In this document: positions 8,831 through 18,386 of the stretch, piece by piece
How positions within the stretch are numbered: the stretch's first letter is position 1
Layout of the letters: each line of letters begins with the position of its first letter
Virus record (IMG/VR): IMGVR_UViG_3300046522_000750
Source of the DNA: a virus
Taxonomy: Duplodnaviria > Heunggongvirae > Uroviricota > Caudoviricetes
Reading direction: 5' to 3' (one strand)
Length of the DNA: 55,224 nucleotides
The notes under the pieces: generated by a model
Seen by the model: the letters and a program-made list of their open reading frames with translations, nothing else
Told to the model about the DNA's origin: nothing
The model's database searches: none
Translations under genes and position numbers: made by a program

Positions 8831-9061
8831 TCAGCCGAACAGGAAACCGGAAATGATGCCGTCTTCATTGACCCGGATATTGAGCCTGCCCGCCTGGTGA
8901 TCCTGGGAGACCAGAAAATTCCCATACGGGCGCACTGCCCTACCGATTTTCTCGGCAATGGCCAGGCGCAGGCGCTCGGAATACTCGGTTCCCACCAGGG
9001 GGCCAACCTCATTCAGGATTTCATCGTTGGTCATGGTATCTGTCCACATTTGCCGATTCAC
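8831..9061 (-). CDS. peptidase inhibitor I78-like small protein
   Basis: LVG...RAVRPYG..VSQDHQAGRLNIRVNEDGIISGFLFG resembles the I78/potato inhibitor I pattern; start uncertain. Confidence 0.6.
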   Translation of the reverse strand: MNRQMWTDTMTNDEILNEVGPLVGTEYSERLRLAIAEKIGRAVRPYGNFLVSQDHQAGRLNIRVNEDGIISGFLFG

Positions 9062-9113
9062 CGCTGAAGGCGCCCCCAGCGGTGATCAGGGGCTTCAGGA
9101 TCAGGCCGCCTGC

Positions 9114-9764
9114 CTACCGGCAGAAGTTCCAGATACGATTGGCCACTTCCTTGATGTCCAGGCTGCCGTCGACATGCGCGACCAGCGGGCGTGAAGCCAG
9201 TGGAGCCTCCATGTAATAGGCCCGAATGGCGCTAATCTGCTCGGCATAAATTCCCAGCCGCTTCAGCACAACCTCGGGGGCATCATCAGGTCGCTGTATA
9301 AGGGGCTCACCAGAGAGATCGTCGACCCCTTCCACCGCAGGTGGGCTATAGCGGATATGGTAGGTGCGCCCGGAGGCTGGGTGAACGCGCCGGCCACTCA
9401 TGCGCTCAACAATCACCTGCGGATCGACCGCAATCTCCACGACCGTGTCGATCACCACGCCCTGCTCGCGCAGCATCACTGCTTGTGCCACGGTGCGCGG
9501 AAAGCCGTCGAGGAGAAAGCCCTTGGCGCAATCGGGTTGGGCCAGACGCTCCACCAGCAGCTGCATGACAATCTCATCGCCAATCAGCTGACCGGTCGGC
9601 ATCAGCGCTTCAACCTGCAAGCCGATGAGCGTGCGGTTGGCCACGGCCTCACGCAGCATGTCGCCCGTGGAAATCTTTGGGATGCCCTTGCTCGCGCACA
9701 AGAGTTCAGCCTGAGTGCCCTTTCCGGCGCCCGGTGCGCCCAACAAGACGATGCGGTTCTTCAT
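9114..9764 (-). CDS. adk: adenylate kinase
   Basis: P-loop GAPGAGKGTQA, ISTGDMLR, GFLLDGFPRT, LID GRRVHPASGRTYH. Confidence 0.97.
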   Translation of the reverse strand: MKNRIVLLGAPGAGKGTQAELLCASKGIPKISTGDMLREAVANRTLIGLQVEALMPTGQLIGDEIVMQLLVERLAQPDCAKGFLLDGFPRTVAQAVMLREQGVVIDTVVEIAVDPQVIVERMSGRRVHPASGRTYHIRYSPPAVEGVDDLSGEPLIQRPDDAPEVVLKRLGIYAEQISAIRAYYMEAPLASRPLVAHVDGSLDIKEVANRIWNFCR

Positions 9765-11839
9765 GAAACCTCCGTTATTTCATTACTTGGATTTGTATCT
9801 TCGGAAATCTGCTCAAGCTTTATCAGCATTGATTCTGGCGATGGCGCAATCGACAGCGAGCGCGCTTGTGCAAACAATTGAGCAAGGCCTGAGAGTTCGC
9901 CCAGTTGCTGAGTGGCCTCAATCGTTTTAAAACCGTACTTGCGCCCCTCGCGCATGGTCGATAACAACCAGGGTTCTTCCTTCACGGCACTGATCTTACC
10001 CCGCGCATACAGGAACTTCCCTGACGCCCTGACCTGGTCGACCTCTTTCATTTTCTCGCGCCAGCTCAACACCTTGGACAGATGCTCGTGCTGACGCTTT
10101 ACCGAATCAATGAAGTACGTCAGGGAGTAGAACGTAAGATTGAGTTCGTCCTCATGGCGTTTGCCGGCCAGAACCAGGTCAATGGCAATGCGCATGGCAT
10201 CGCTGTCACCGTGGTTACTGTGATTGGAAACCGATGTGCTCAACCTTTGAGAGCAATAATGAAAGGCCAGGAAGCTCAAGTACGCCCGGATCTCACTGCG
10301 TTTATTCGCGTCAAACCACGGCACCATGTACGCATCATGGCTTTCGTAGTATTCATCATGGTGTGAGTACCACAACCAACCCAGCGCCAAGGTGCCAAGA
10401 TGGCCTAGTGCTGGCAATGCTTGCACAATTTCCGCCCCCAGCTCGTTGTAGTGCGCCAGGGCCTGAGCCAACTCAACCTGCTCTTCATCCATCTGTTCCT
10501 GACTCATCTCCCAGTCAGGCTCTGGCTGACTGGTATGCATCCGGGTGATCTTGGGCAGATAGTCCAGATACTCAGGAGAAAGCTGGGTGGCGTAGCGGTT
10601 GACCAGCGCCAGCAAGCGACCATCGTCCATCGCGTCATTGATGCACTCTGAAGCCCGCTTGGAGTGGTCACTGAGCAACTGCCAGGTGCGGTCATGAAAT
10701 TCACGATGCCAAACCGGCACCGCCAGCTCGGACGCCGGCTCATGGACTGGGTTGGTCATGTCGTACCAGTTTTTTATGATCCCCGGCACGTCGTCCATGT
10801 CCAGCCAATCATAAGTTCTCAGGTACTGCTGACCACGCTCGGTAAAAGTTTTGGCAATGCCAGCCTTGGGAGAGGCGAATGAACTGGTCAGAAACGAAAC
10901 CGCTCTCCAGTCTTCACTGACGCTACGCGGGTCACTCCCCGGCATTTCCCATACATGATCAGAACCCACGATATAGGTATTGTCCTCGAGCTCCACCGGC
11001 AACCCCTGCATCAACAACGCTGCGGCATCGAAGATGCGTCGAGAGTGGTTGCTGTACACCACGGGGAGAACACCCCCCAGATGGGTGTTGTTAAGCACCA
11101 GGCCCTTTTTGTCGAAACCATACAGCTTGAGCTCGAAGCCCAAGGGCAGCTCCTTCGCCTCTTCAATGGCCACGCGAGCGGGCTCTGGAACCTCTGGCAG
11201 CAGCTCATCACGGTAGAAGGCGACCAGAACCTCATTGTCACCCTTGATCGCCTTATAACGGCCCTCAGTGCGCAAGCGAGAGACCAGGTCTTCAGGCAGC
11301 CGGTCGACCAACGTCTTGATCCGGCTCCAGCGGATGGCCTTCCCGTTGGGAAGAAGGACGAACTCATGGGCTGGCGCCCCTGCCCTTTGCAGTTCCGGGG
11401 TGCGTTCAAACCAGCCAGTACCCGCCATATAGTGGTGGTACTCATCCATGATCATCAAGATACCTTTCGCCGCCATCTCTTTGTCCCTGGCTTCTTGCCC
11501 GGCTTCTGAGGTGTGGGCATCGATATCAAGGACTTTCAGCGGCAGCGCATTGACCAGTTTGTGCGCTTGATCAAACCCCAGGCTGTGCTTGCGGAACAGT
11601 TCCCAGCACAACGAATCCTTAATCGTGGAGCGCGAAAGATTGGGGAAATCTGCGGGCGAAATGTACTTGAGCAAATGGGCCTGCAGGTCATGCAGGTCGC
11701 GATAACCCAATACGGTCGCCAGCAGATTTTGCGATTGCATGAGGGTCATTGGCGCCAGCGGCCAGTGTTTTTTCAGCGCTTTGGCGAGCTTTGACAGACG
11801 CTTGGAATCGACATCAGCATTGGTAATCAGAACACGCAT
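9761..11839 (-). CDS. large hypothetical protein
   Basis: 692-aa ORF, ATGA overlap with adk; N-terminal helical motif KLAKALKK...QNLLATVLGYRDLHDL. Confidence 0.85.
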   Translation of the reverse strand: MRVLITNADVDSKRLSKLAKALKKHWPLAPMTLMQSQNLLATVLGYRDLHDLQAHLLKYISPADFPNLSRSTIKDSLCWELFRKHSLGFDQAHKLVNALPLKVLDIDAHTSEAGQEARDKEMAAKGILMIMDEYHHYMAGTGWFERTPELQRAGAPAHEFVLLPNGKAIRWSRIKTLVDRLPEDLVSRLRTEGRYKAIKGDNEVLVAFYRDELLPEVPEPARVAIEEAKELPLGFELKLYGFDKKGLVLNNTHLGGVLPVVYSNHSRRIFDAAALLMQGLPVELEDNTYIVGSDHVWEMPGSDPRSVSEDWRAVSFLTSSFASPKAGIAKTFTERGQQYLRTYDWLDMDDVPGIIKNWYDMTNPVHEPASELAVPVWHREFHDRTWQLLSDHSKRASECINDAMDDGRLLALVNRYATQLSPEYLDYLPKITRMHTSQPEPDWEMSQEQMDEEQVELAQALAHYNELGAEIVQALPALGHLGTLALGWLWYSHHDEYYESHDAYMVPWFDANKRSEIRAYLSFLAFHYCSQRLSTSVSNHSNHGDSDAMRIAIDLVLAGKRHEDELNLTFYSLTYFIDSVKRQHEHLSKVLSWREKMKEVDQVRASGKFLYARGKISAVKEEPWLLSTMREGRKYGFKTIEATQQLGELSGLAQLFAQARSLSIAPSPESMLIKLEQISEDTNPSNEITEVS

Positions 11840-12089
11840 ACATACCCCTAAAGCAGCGCAGAGATCACGGGGGCTGGCTTGCCGTTGCGCGCCGCAAAGG
11901 AATGAATGCGTCCAACGAAGAGAGTCACTGCGTTCTCAGGCTCGGCCTTTACCAACGCCAGCGGTACGGACGAGAACGATCCGAAACGCGAGTATTGGCA
12001 ATTGTTCATATATTGTCAAATCAGCTAATGCAGCATTCGTTCTGCGGATAGGAGATAATGCCCAGATACCAGCAGAGGACGTTTCAACG

Positions 12090-12365
12090 ATGGATATCGC
12101 CCACAAGCAAATGCTCACTGATTCTATTGTGGACAAGATCATGTTGATTGGCCGCACCGCCGACAACCTGAAGGCCAGGGTCGCTGGAAAATTCTTGTCG
12201 GATGCGGACGTTGCCAGAGTAACTGCAGAGCTGAATGCCCTGCGCGACTTTGTCACTGAGATCGCCCATCTGTCGACACTCACCGAATTTAACTACGTTG
12301 AGATTTCAGCCGTCTACGAGCGTCTCGATGTGGTGATTGCACACGCCGATGCGGTCAGGCTTTAA
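12090..12365 (+). CDS. small helical hypothetical protein
   Basis: MDIAHKQML... after GAGGA RBS; followed by terminator. Confidence 0.6.
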   Translation: MDIAHKQMLTDSIVDKIMLIGRTADNLKARVAGKFLSDADVARVTAELNALRDFVTEIAHLSTLTEFNYVEISAVYERLDVVIAHADAVRL

Positions 12366-12368
12366 ACG

Positions 12369-12394
12369 AAAAATCGCCACGTCAGCGGCGATTT
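12369..12394. terminator. intrinsic terminator-like hairpin
   Basis: AAATCGCC-acgtcagc-GGCGATTT between convergent genes. Confidence 0.6.
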
Positions 12395-12418
12395 CTTAGA
12401 GTCCGGTATCTGTCCCGA

Positions 12419-12835
12419 TTAACGAAAGCCTGCAGGCTCGATCTCGAACGCACGCAGGTTTTTAGCATCCTCTGACACTGGCTGTGCTGGGTATACGCCC
12501 TGCGCCACTGCCTGAGCCCTGAAGAGGCCGGCCAGCGACACATCCCCGGTAATCAAAGCAACCAGTTGCATGGGCGACTCAAACAACGCTGACGCAACAA
12601 AAGTCTTTAGGCCGCCGTGCTGCCCAATCACCCGATCAATGGCCTCGGCATGAGTCTCAATCGAGTCCTGCAGGCTTGGCGACGAGTTGACCAAGGCCTG
12701 CAGAGAGCCTGTGCCTTTGGTCATGATGCTCTTGAAGCTGTCAGCCGGCGCCACGTCCACCAGAGGGTAGATGGGCAGCTCTTCGCGGGATGGACGCTCT
12801 GCCAAGGGTATATCTGCGACGATGTGTTGACTCAT
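12419..12835 (-). CDS. hypothetical protein
   Basis: MSQHIVADIP... after AAGGA RBS. Confidence 0.65.
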   Translation of the reverse strand: MSQHIVADIPLAERPSREELPIYPLVDVAPADSFKSIMTKGTGSLQALVNSSPSLQDSIETHAEAIDRVIGQHGGLKTFVASALFESPMQLVALITGDVSLAGLFRAQAVAQGVYPAQPVSEDAKNLRAFEIEPAGFR

Positions 12836-12915
12836 GCCGGGCGTTCCTTTGGTTTTAAACCAATCTTTAGTTATTAATTGACAGTAGCATTGATCAGTCC
12901 GTGGAAACAAGGCGC

Positions 12916-12941
12916 AAAAAAGCCCAGCAATGCTGGGCCTT
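12916..12941 (-). terminator. intrinsic terminator closing the membrane-protein array
   Basis: GCCCAGCA-a-TGCTGGGC stem with adjacent A/T tract. Confidence 0.7.
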
Positions 12942-12959
12942 CGCTGCAAATTGTGCGCG

Positions 12960-13439
12960 TTATCTTAAGGTATTTTTTTCTACAAAAACGACCAAGAGGC
13001 ACATCGCGTAAACGAATGTCGCAATGAAAACGATGAGGGGTACTGCCGCAAAGGGGGCGTACACGCACAACGACAATATTGAGACAAGGCGCATCCGCTT
13101 ATTGGCAGTGTCCAGCTTGGCGTACAAGGGACTGTAGCGCAGCCCTTGCTTGACCATCGAAGAGCACACGCAAGAGAGCCAGAGCTTCACCACCAGCATC
13201 GTGGCTGCGAAACCGAATGGCAGCCAGTCGTGAAGACGAATCCTGGCCCACAACACATCCTTGAGCCAGATAACCGCGCTCACCGACCAATGACACATCG
13301 CTACGATGGCTTCACCCACTGCATCGGCATAGGTGTAAATCAGCGCAATGGCCACCACCAACGCCAGCACCACCGATCCGCACTTGAGAAAGATCGACTG
13401 CACTGAGCGCTTGAATTCTTGAGGCGTGAGATTGCTCAT
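12960..13439 (-). CDS. array membrane protein (Cys/Trp family)
   Basis: FLKCGS...; LWLSCVCSSMVKQGL; about 4 hydrophobic segments. Confidence 0.85.
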   Translation of the reverse strand: MSNLTPQEFKRSVQSIFLKCGSVVLALVVAIALIYTYADAVGEAIVAMCHWSVSAVIWLKDVLWARIRLHDWLPFGFAATMLVVKLWLSCVCSSMVKQGLRYSPLYAKLDTANKRMRLVSILSLCVYAPFAAVPLIVFIATFVYAMCLLVVFVEKNTLR

Positions 13440-13501
13440 GTTTTCCCTTTTCTGTTCGACTGTACTGAGCGCCTGAATTCTTCAGGCGTAAGATCGCTCA
13501 T
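13436..13501 (-). pseudogene. 21-codon mini-ORF duplicating the N-terminus of 12960-13439
   Basis: MSDLTPEEFRRSVQSNRKGKT* versus MSNLTPQEFKRSVQSIFLK; ATGA overlap with downstream gene. Confidence 0.75.
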
Positions 13502-13502
13502 G

Positions 13503-14093
13503 TTATTCACTCTTTTGGGCTGGAGCGAATGCGTCTTGAAGACCTTCAGCATCTTTCAGGGCTTTTTCTCTTTCCTTCTTTTCTTCCTCAAGCCTTGCCT
13601 CAATACTAATCTTTGCCACTAGAATCACGGTGAAAAGAAAGAAGCGTCCGAATCCTGTATGAAAATCTTCGCTACCGCCAATAATCGCCAAATAGACAAG
13701 GACAACAAACCAGGCACCGAATTGTTCAGCGGCCTTGTCAAAAGCCTTGTAGACCTTCGTGGAAATGCCCTTTCTTTTCAAGTGATGGGCAATGCAGGAG
13801 CACCAGAGGTAAGCACCAAACAGAAAGATCCAGAAAAGCGCTGTGGCGCCGATGACCGCTTTGTACACAAAAACAAACGGATAGGTGACCACGCCAAAAA
13901 TGAATGTCGCCGCCGTACCAACAAAGGCCAGATTGGTACTCAAGAAGATCCACGCCGAAGTCATGAAATCCTCCAACTCGTGAGGATACTCATAACAGAA
14001 ATAAGCCAGGCTGCCGGCGAACAAAACGGCCAACCCACAGGTTAGGCAGGTGAGCAGATACTCACGCATGTACGAGGTATTACCATGTTCCAT
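13503..14093 (-). CDS. array membrane protein
   Basis: LTCLTCGL; LWCSCIAHHLKRKGI; start MEHGNT after GGAG RBS. Confidence 0.85.
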   Translation of the reverse strand: MEHGNTSYMREYLLTCLTCGLAVLFAGSLAYFCYEYPHELEDFMTSAWIFLSTNLAFVGTAATFIFGVVTYPFVFVYKAVIGATALFWIFLFGAYLWCSCIAHHLKRKGISTKVYKAFDKAAEQFGAWFVVLVYLAIIGGSEDFHTGFGRFFLFTVILVAKISIEARLEEEKKEREKALKDAEGLQDAFAPAQKSE

Positions 14094-14114
14094 GACAAAC
14101 TCCGGAGGGTGTAT

Positions 14115-14154
14115 TTGTATTCCGTGATTATGATCGCTTGTCAATATCTGTCAA
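14115..14154 (-). promoter_or_regulatory. 40-bp array promoter/operator copy
   Basis: minus strand TTGACAgataTTGACAagcgatCATAATcacGGAATACAA. Confidence 0.8.
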
Positions 14155-14197
14155 TTTGTTGTTATCAATAACACCGGTTCGCATATATGCGATGCAT

Positions 14198-14223
14198 AAA
14201 AAAGCCCTCATGCAGAGGGCTTT
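14198..14223 (-). terminator. intrinsic terminator
   Basis: AAAGCCCTC-atgca-GAGGGCTTT. Confidence 0.7.
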
Positions 14224-14253
14224 CGATCAAATCAATTATATATTGTCAGAAAG

Positions 14254-14706
14254 TCAACTTGCATTCACCGACTGGAAAACGTCGCAGAAGAAGAACTTGA
14301 GACATACAACAATCAGGAATGGCATAAACACAGTAGAAATTGCCTCTGGCTGAGCCCAGAAGACCGTAACGCCCTCCACCATCGCGGTCACCCCCAGGAT
14401 CATTCTGAGCTTGTACAAATCTTCCAGTACGTAAGCCTCTGCCTTGAGTTTCTTTAGGCGAGAACTGGCCAGTGAGATCCAGCCGTAGAACACAAATACG
14501 CCCAGGCTCACCCAGTAATGCAAGGTGATGAGGATAGCCTGCCAAGCCGCATTGCTGCCCTCGACTTCAATCGGAGCGCTTTGCACCGGGTGTTGACCTC
14601 CCCAGTACAGCACGAACACATGAAACAGCACGCCGGCGACCAGAGCCCAGATGGCGCTGCGAAGGAGCGTTTTTCTAACTTCGTTGACGGGAGCCGTAGT
14701 GAGCAT
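14254..14706 (-). CDS. membrane protein, divergent array member
   Basis: 4 hydrophobic segments; GWISLASSRLKKLK is a weak version of the family motif. Confidence 0.75.
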   Translation of the reverse strand: MLTTAPVNEVRKTLLRSAIWALVAGVLFHVFVLYWGGQHPVQSAPIEVEGSNAAWQAILITLHYWVSLGVFVFYGWISLASSRLKKLKAEAYVLEDLYKLRMILGVTAMVEGVTVFWAQPEAISTVFMPFLIVVCLKFFFCDVFQSVNAS

Positions 14707-14717
14707 TGGATCTTTCC

Positions 14718-14912
14718 TTAAACGTGAAAGTTGGCGCTTGAAGATTTATGTGACCAATCAACAATCGCCACGAAGCCAATGAGGAAGGTAACGCTGCCAA
14801 AACAAAATGGCGAAGGCGACAACGGGGTGTACAACACGAGCGCTAGCGTAGCCAGCAATCCCACGCACAAAGAAACCCTCTCCATGCGCGTGTACAGCGG
14901 TCGACCCGACAT
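14718..14912 (-). CDS. small 2-TM membrane protein, possible truncated array member
   Basis: 64 aa, VSLCVGLLATLALV. Confidence 0.55.
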   Translation of the reverse strand: MSGRPLYTRMERVSLCVGLLATLALVLYTPLSPSPFCFGSVTFLIGFVAIVDWSHKSSSANFHV

Positions 14913-15015
14913 TCCCTACCTCTCCATGGCCGTCAATACTGAGATAAATCAGACATAGACCACAGAGGAACCTGCACCGCCTTACGCATACATTCTTGTA
15001 TTCAGCAGATCTGAC

Positions 15016-15849
15016 TTACCACTCCGTCACGAGGCGGTAGTGAAGCTCTTCCTCGACCTGAATGTCGTCAGCTTCAGAGTTCAATCGGAACAGCGCAACA
15101 GTACCGTTACCCATAAACTGAGCCGACACCGGAATGCATGTGTGATCCGGGAAATTCTGCTGGCAATAAGCAATGTCCTGGCGGGTTTGGACGATGCTGT
15201 GTTTATCGTTATGCCCTTTAGCCTGAACAGGCACTACGTATTCGACGCCGTGCTTATCAATCGCAGTGTAGATTTCATCAATTTCGATCTGCCCGATGCC
15301 CTTCACGGTAGTTCGAAGATGATTCTGTCTAGACCAGGTCGTCAAGCCAAGGAAAATGGCAATAAGCCTGGAATCCCTGATCTTCGCAAGCATGAACTGT
15401 TCGTCGTCGCAGTCCTTGCGTCTATGGAATGGCGACGTGTCATCCGGAACGTTGATGACCTCAAGTTCAGGGTTCGGCGTCAAGCGAACTAGCTTGATGA
15501 GTCTTGCCTGGTAGCGCCCTAAGCCATTCCCATCAATGAGCCATTCCTTTCCTTCCGGAGCAAGATCCACGATCTGCTGTGGCAAGGGCCTTCTGTAACG
15601 GAAGGTATAGATCACGTCGCCTAGATTTTTAGGGATGTCGACCTCACGCTTTGTTGCGGCCTTTCGCATGCATTCACGAGTAAACTTTAGGCTGTAATCC
15701 TCTGCCAGGTAATCAACTGCATCAGGATTGTCAGTGATGACCGAGAAAATCTCAGTGATGACTGCGTCGTAACTACTGAATGTGCAGGTGCTATCTGAAT
15801 TAGACGAGTCCGCTTCGTAAAAATTTTCCACTTCGGATGCTTCAAGCAA
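15016..15849 (-). CDS. PD-(D/E)XK restriction-endonuclease-like protein, no cognate methyltransferase nearby
   Basis: DDEQ..LAKIR..RL, QNHLRTTVKGIGQIEIDEIY...VPVQAKG nuclease-like motif. Confidence 0.7.
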   Translation of the reverse strand: MLEASEVENFYEADSSNSDSTCTFSSYDAVITEIFSVITDNPDAVDYLAEDYSLKFTRECMRKAATKREVDIPKNLGDVIYTFRYRRPLPQQIVDLAPEGKEWLIDGNGLGRYQARLIKLVRLTPNPELEVINVPDDTSPFHRRKDCDDEQFMLAKIRDSRLIAIFLGLTTWSRQNHLRTTVKGIGQIEIDEIYTAIDKHGVEYVVPVQAKGHNDKHSIVQTRQDIAYCQQNFPDHTCIPVSAQFMGNGTVALFRLNSEADDIQVEEELHYRLVTEW

Positions 15850-16206
15850 AAATCACCGCCTAATTTTTATAGATCAAGTCATCAAGCTGTCAATATATCA
15901 CATATTATTGAAGTGTAAATATTCTGAATTTGCATAATTCAGCAAAGTGGCTGGTGCGCGGAAATCACTGAAATTACTGAGGTCAGGTGGGTCAGCATCG
16001 GAAATTTCCTTGGCGTGGGCGTCGATCATTTCGACAAGTGACTTGCGAGTGACCCGTCCAAAAAATGCTTCTGTGATGAGACAGGAGGCAGATCACACCT
16101 TCGGCTTTAGGTGCTTTCTGCTGTTGCGCCTAGAGCGCCCTACGAAGCCATCCTGAGAGATTCAGCTTCGAGACGCCCTCTTCCATAGCGTTGATGATCA
16201 TTGAAA

Positions 16207-16809
16207 TCAGGTTGTCTCTGGGTCATGAGACTTCTTAACTTCATTCATCAAACCGGCCTCTTCAGTGGCTTCAGTCGGTGATTGTGCATTCTGACGCTGT
16301 TTTTTGTCAAAATCGTCATACCAATTTCTTTCCATCAACATCTTTATAACTGTAGAAGCCGTGAAGGTAATAAACGCCAGGAGGTCGGGGCCGTGTCCTA
16401 AAAGAGGAAGTACCTTGAGGTAGATGAGCAAGCACACGAAGACGCCCAGAAAGCTTCTAGCCGTAGCGACGGTAGTCGTATACCGGTTACGGATGCCTTT
16501 TACCCGCAGCTTGTGGGCCACGCTGTAGCACCAAGCATAGAGCGGGACAGACACGCAAAGCGCGGTCATGGGTAGGCTTAACAACCAGAAAAACAGGTCA
16601 TAACAGGGCAGCAACAACGGGTGTAGGATGGCTGCATTCGGCTGATACAGCGCCGCCAGGATAGCCCCCACCGATGTTAGAAAAACACCTGACTCATCAG
16701 GGAAATTGACTAGGGTGTAAAGCATCGACAGTGCAATCAAGACCGCCACACCACAGGTCACGGTCGTGAACACTGACTGCCTTACGACGGATGGATGGTT
16801 AATGCTCAT
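16207..16809 (-). CDS. array membrane protein
   Basis: VTCGVAV; WCYSVAHKLRVKGI; start MSINHP with ATGA coupling. Confidence 0.85.
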   Translation of the reverse strand: MSINHPSVVRQSVFTTVTCGVAVLIALSMLYTLVNFPDESGVFLTSVGAILAALYQPNAAILHPLLLPCYDLFFWLLSLPMTALCVSVPLYAWCYSVAHKLRVKGIRNRYTTTVATARSFLGVFVCLLIYLKVLPLLGHGPDLLAFITFTASTVIKMLMERNWYDDFDKKQRQNAQSPTEATEEAGLMNEVKKSHDPETT

Positions 16810-17330
16810 TGGCCTGCCCCTTGCGCTTGAACCGCGTCTTCTTCGGATTGTTCGAGAGCTTGATTTTTCACTCGATCTTCCTCGAGCTTCGCCTCCATTT
16901 TTAAGCACAAAAAGAGCAGGATAACCGTAAGGACTAATCCCATAACCAGCCCAAAGCGCCAGGCTTTTTCCGCCTCTATTACCAACTGCACCAGCCAATA
17001 GAGACCAAATCCACACATGATGACGTTCCTGGTGCGATTGACCACCGTCGCATAGCAACCCGTCACACCCTTCTTGTTTAGGTTGTGACTGATACAGAAA
17101 GACCAGAGAAAGACGCCGGCCAGGATCCACTTCACTGCCGAAGGAATGTCCTGCGACAGCCAGAGCGCGACCGGCCCAAACGCTGCGGCCAGATACCCAC
17201 TGAACGCTATGAGTTCTTGAAGGTACACCACAATCGCGCACACCACGGATGAAACACCACCGATCACCAGCGCGCAGGTGACAGAGGTTACAACGCATTC
17301 TTTGACGACTGAGGGTTGATCAACATTCAT
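16806..17330 (-). CDS. array membrane protein
   Basis: VTCALV; LWSFCISHNLNKKGV. Confidence 0.85.
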   Translation of the reverse strand: MNVDQPSVVKECVVTSVTCALVIGGVSSVVCAIVVYLQELIAFSGYLAAAFGPVALWLSQDIPSAVKWILAGVFLWSFCISHNLNKKGVTGCYATVVNRTRNVIMCGFGLYWLVQLVIEAEKAWRFGLVMGLVLTVILLFLCLKMEAKLEEDRVKNQALEQSEEDAVQAQGAGQ

Positions 17331-17895
17331 TGTGCTGTTCCTTGAGCGCTTGAGCGGGTTCATCTTCAGCACACCGATGTGCCTCCCGGACTGCTTTCAA
17401 ATGGGCTTCAGAAAATTTAACCGCCAACTTGAAAACGCATACGGACATGAAGACATAAATGAGCGCGATAGCCATTGCTGCGAATGATACCAACGGGTCG
17501 TCTCGATTCAGGCAATAGGCAAAAAGGATCCCGATGATGAGCGCGCCACTGCCACGTTTGGTGTATTTGACAATTTTTGAAAAACCACCATCGTTCCCTT
17601 TGCCCTTGAGTTTGTGGCTCACACAGAGGCTCCATAGGAAAACAGCGGGCACGATCCACTTGACCAGCTCGGGCAACTCAACCACTTGGCTTGCGAGGGG
17701 TTTGATCAATCCTATGAGGAATGCGGAAAGCGCCACCGCCCCGCTTGCGATGCTCAGGGCAAGGAACTCAATCCCGTTGATGAGCACCTGATGATAATGG
17801 GTTAGGCCATACAGCAATGCCACCAGCGCGCCAACCGTCAAGGCACATTGCACACTGGTTGCCATATATTCTTTTGTCGACGATTCAGCACTCAT
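17320..17895 (-). CDS. array membrane protein
   Basis: VQCALT; LWSLCVSHKLKGKG. Confidence 0.85.
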   Translation of the reverse strand: MSAESSTKEYMATSVQCALTVGALVALLYGLTHYHQVLINGIEFLALSIASGAVALSAFLIGLIKPLASQVVELPELVKWIVPAVFLWSLCVSHKLKGKGNDGGFSKIVKYTKRGSGALIIGILFAYCLNRDDPLVSFAAMAIALIYVFMSVCVFKLAVKFSEAHLKAVREAHRCAEDEPAQALKEQHNEC

Positions 17896-18386
17896 AGAGC
17901 AGTCTCCTTGTTTTTCGACCTTTTAATATCGTCTTTGATCATCTGGATTAATATCCCAATCAAAAACAACCCCGTGAAGACCGGCATAAACAGGCCTTTC
18001 TTTATTAGCACCATACTGAAAATTGTCACGAACACCGTCAGAAAGCTGTGTTTGGTGATGGTCATGTTCTGGTAGGCGGGGCCGTTGACCCCGTATTTGT
18101 CGAGTTTTTTGCAAACACACCACGCCCACAGCCAGGCGCACAGCGAAGCTATCTGCACACCCAGCGGTAAGTCAGCAACGAAGTGGTACGTCGCCTCAAC
18201 GGGGATGAACGCGATCAGCGCCATCGATACGAGCCACTCCCAAGAAGCCGCCAGTACCTCAAATGTTTTCGATGGATCCAGCAGGGACACGTACAGCAAC
18301 GCGCCCAATACCAACGCGCAGAGGCCGCAGGTAAGGCCGGCCCAGATCACTTTTTGGGATTGATCAATGGACGAATAATCACGCAT
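17892..18386 (-). CDS. array membrane protein
   Basis: LTCGLC; LWAWCVCKKLDKYGV; start MRDYSS. Confidence 0.85.
   Translation of the reverse strand: MRDYSSIDQSQKVIWAGLTCGLCALVLGALLYVSLLDPSKTFEVLAASWEWLVSMALIAFIPVEATYHFVADLPLGVQIASLCAWLWAWCVCKKLDKYGVNGPAYQNMTITKHSFLTVFVTIFSMVLIKKGLFMPVFTGLFLIGILIQMIKDDIKRSKNKETAL

Noticed and set aside
15850-16206. Coding sequence in the gap upstream of the endonuclease
   Set aside because: All minus-strand frames are interrupted early and the plus-strand 69-aa ORF lacks RBS or motif support
16207-17298. 363-aa version of the membrane gene
   Set aside because: The N-terminal extension overlaps the neighbouring paralog 16806-17330 in another frame; the family-consistent start is MSINHP at 16809
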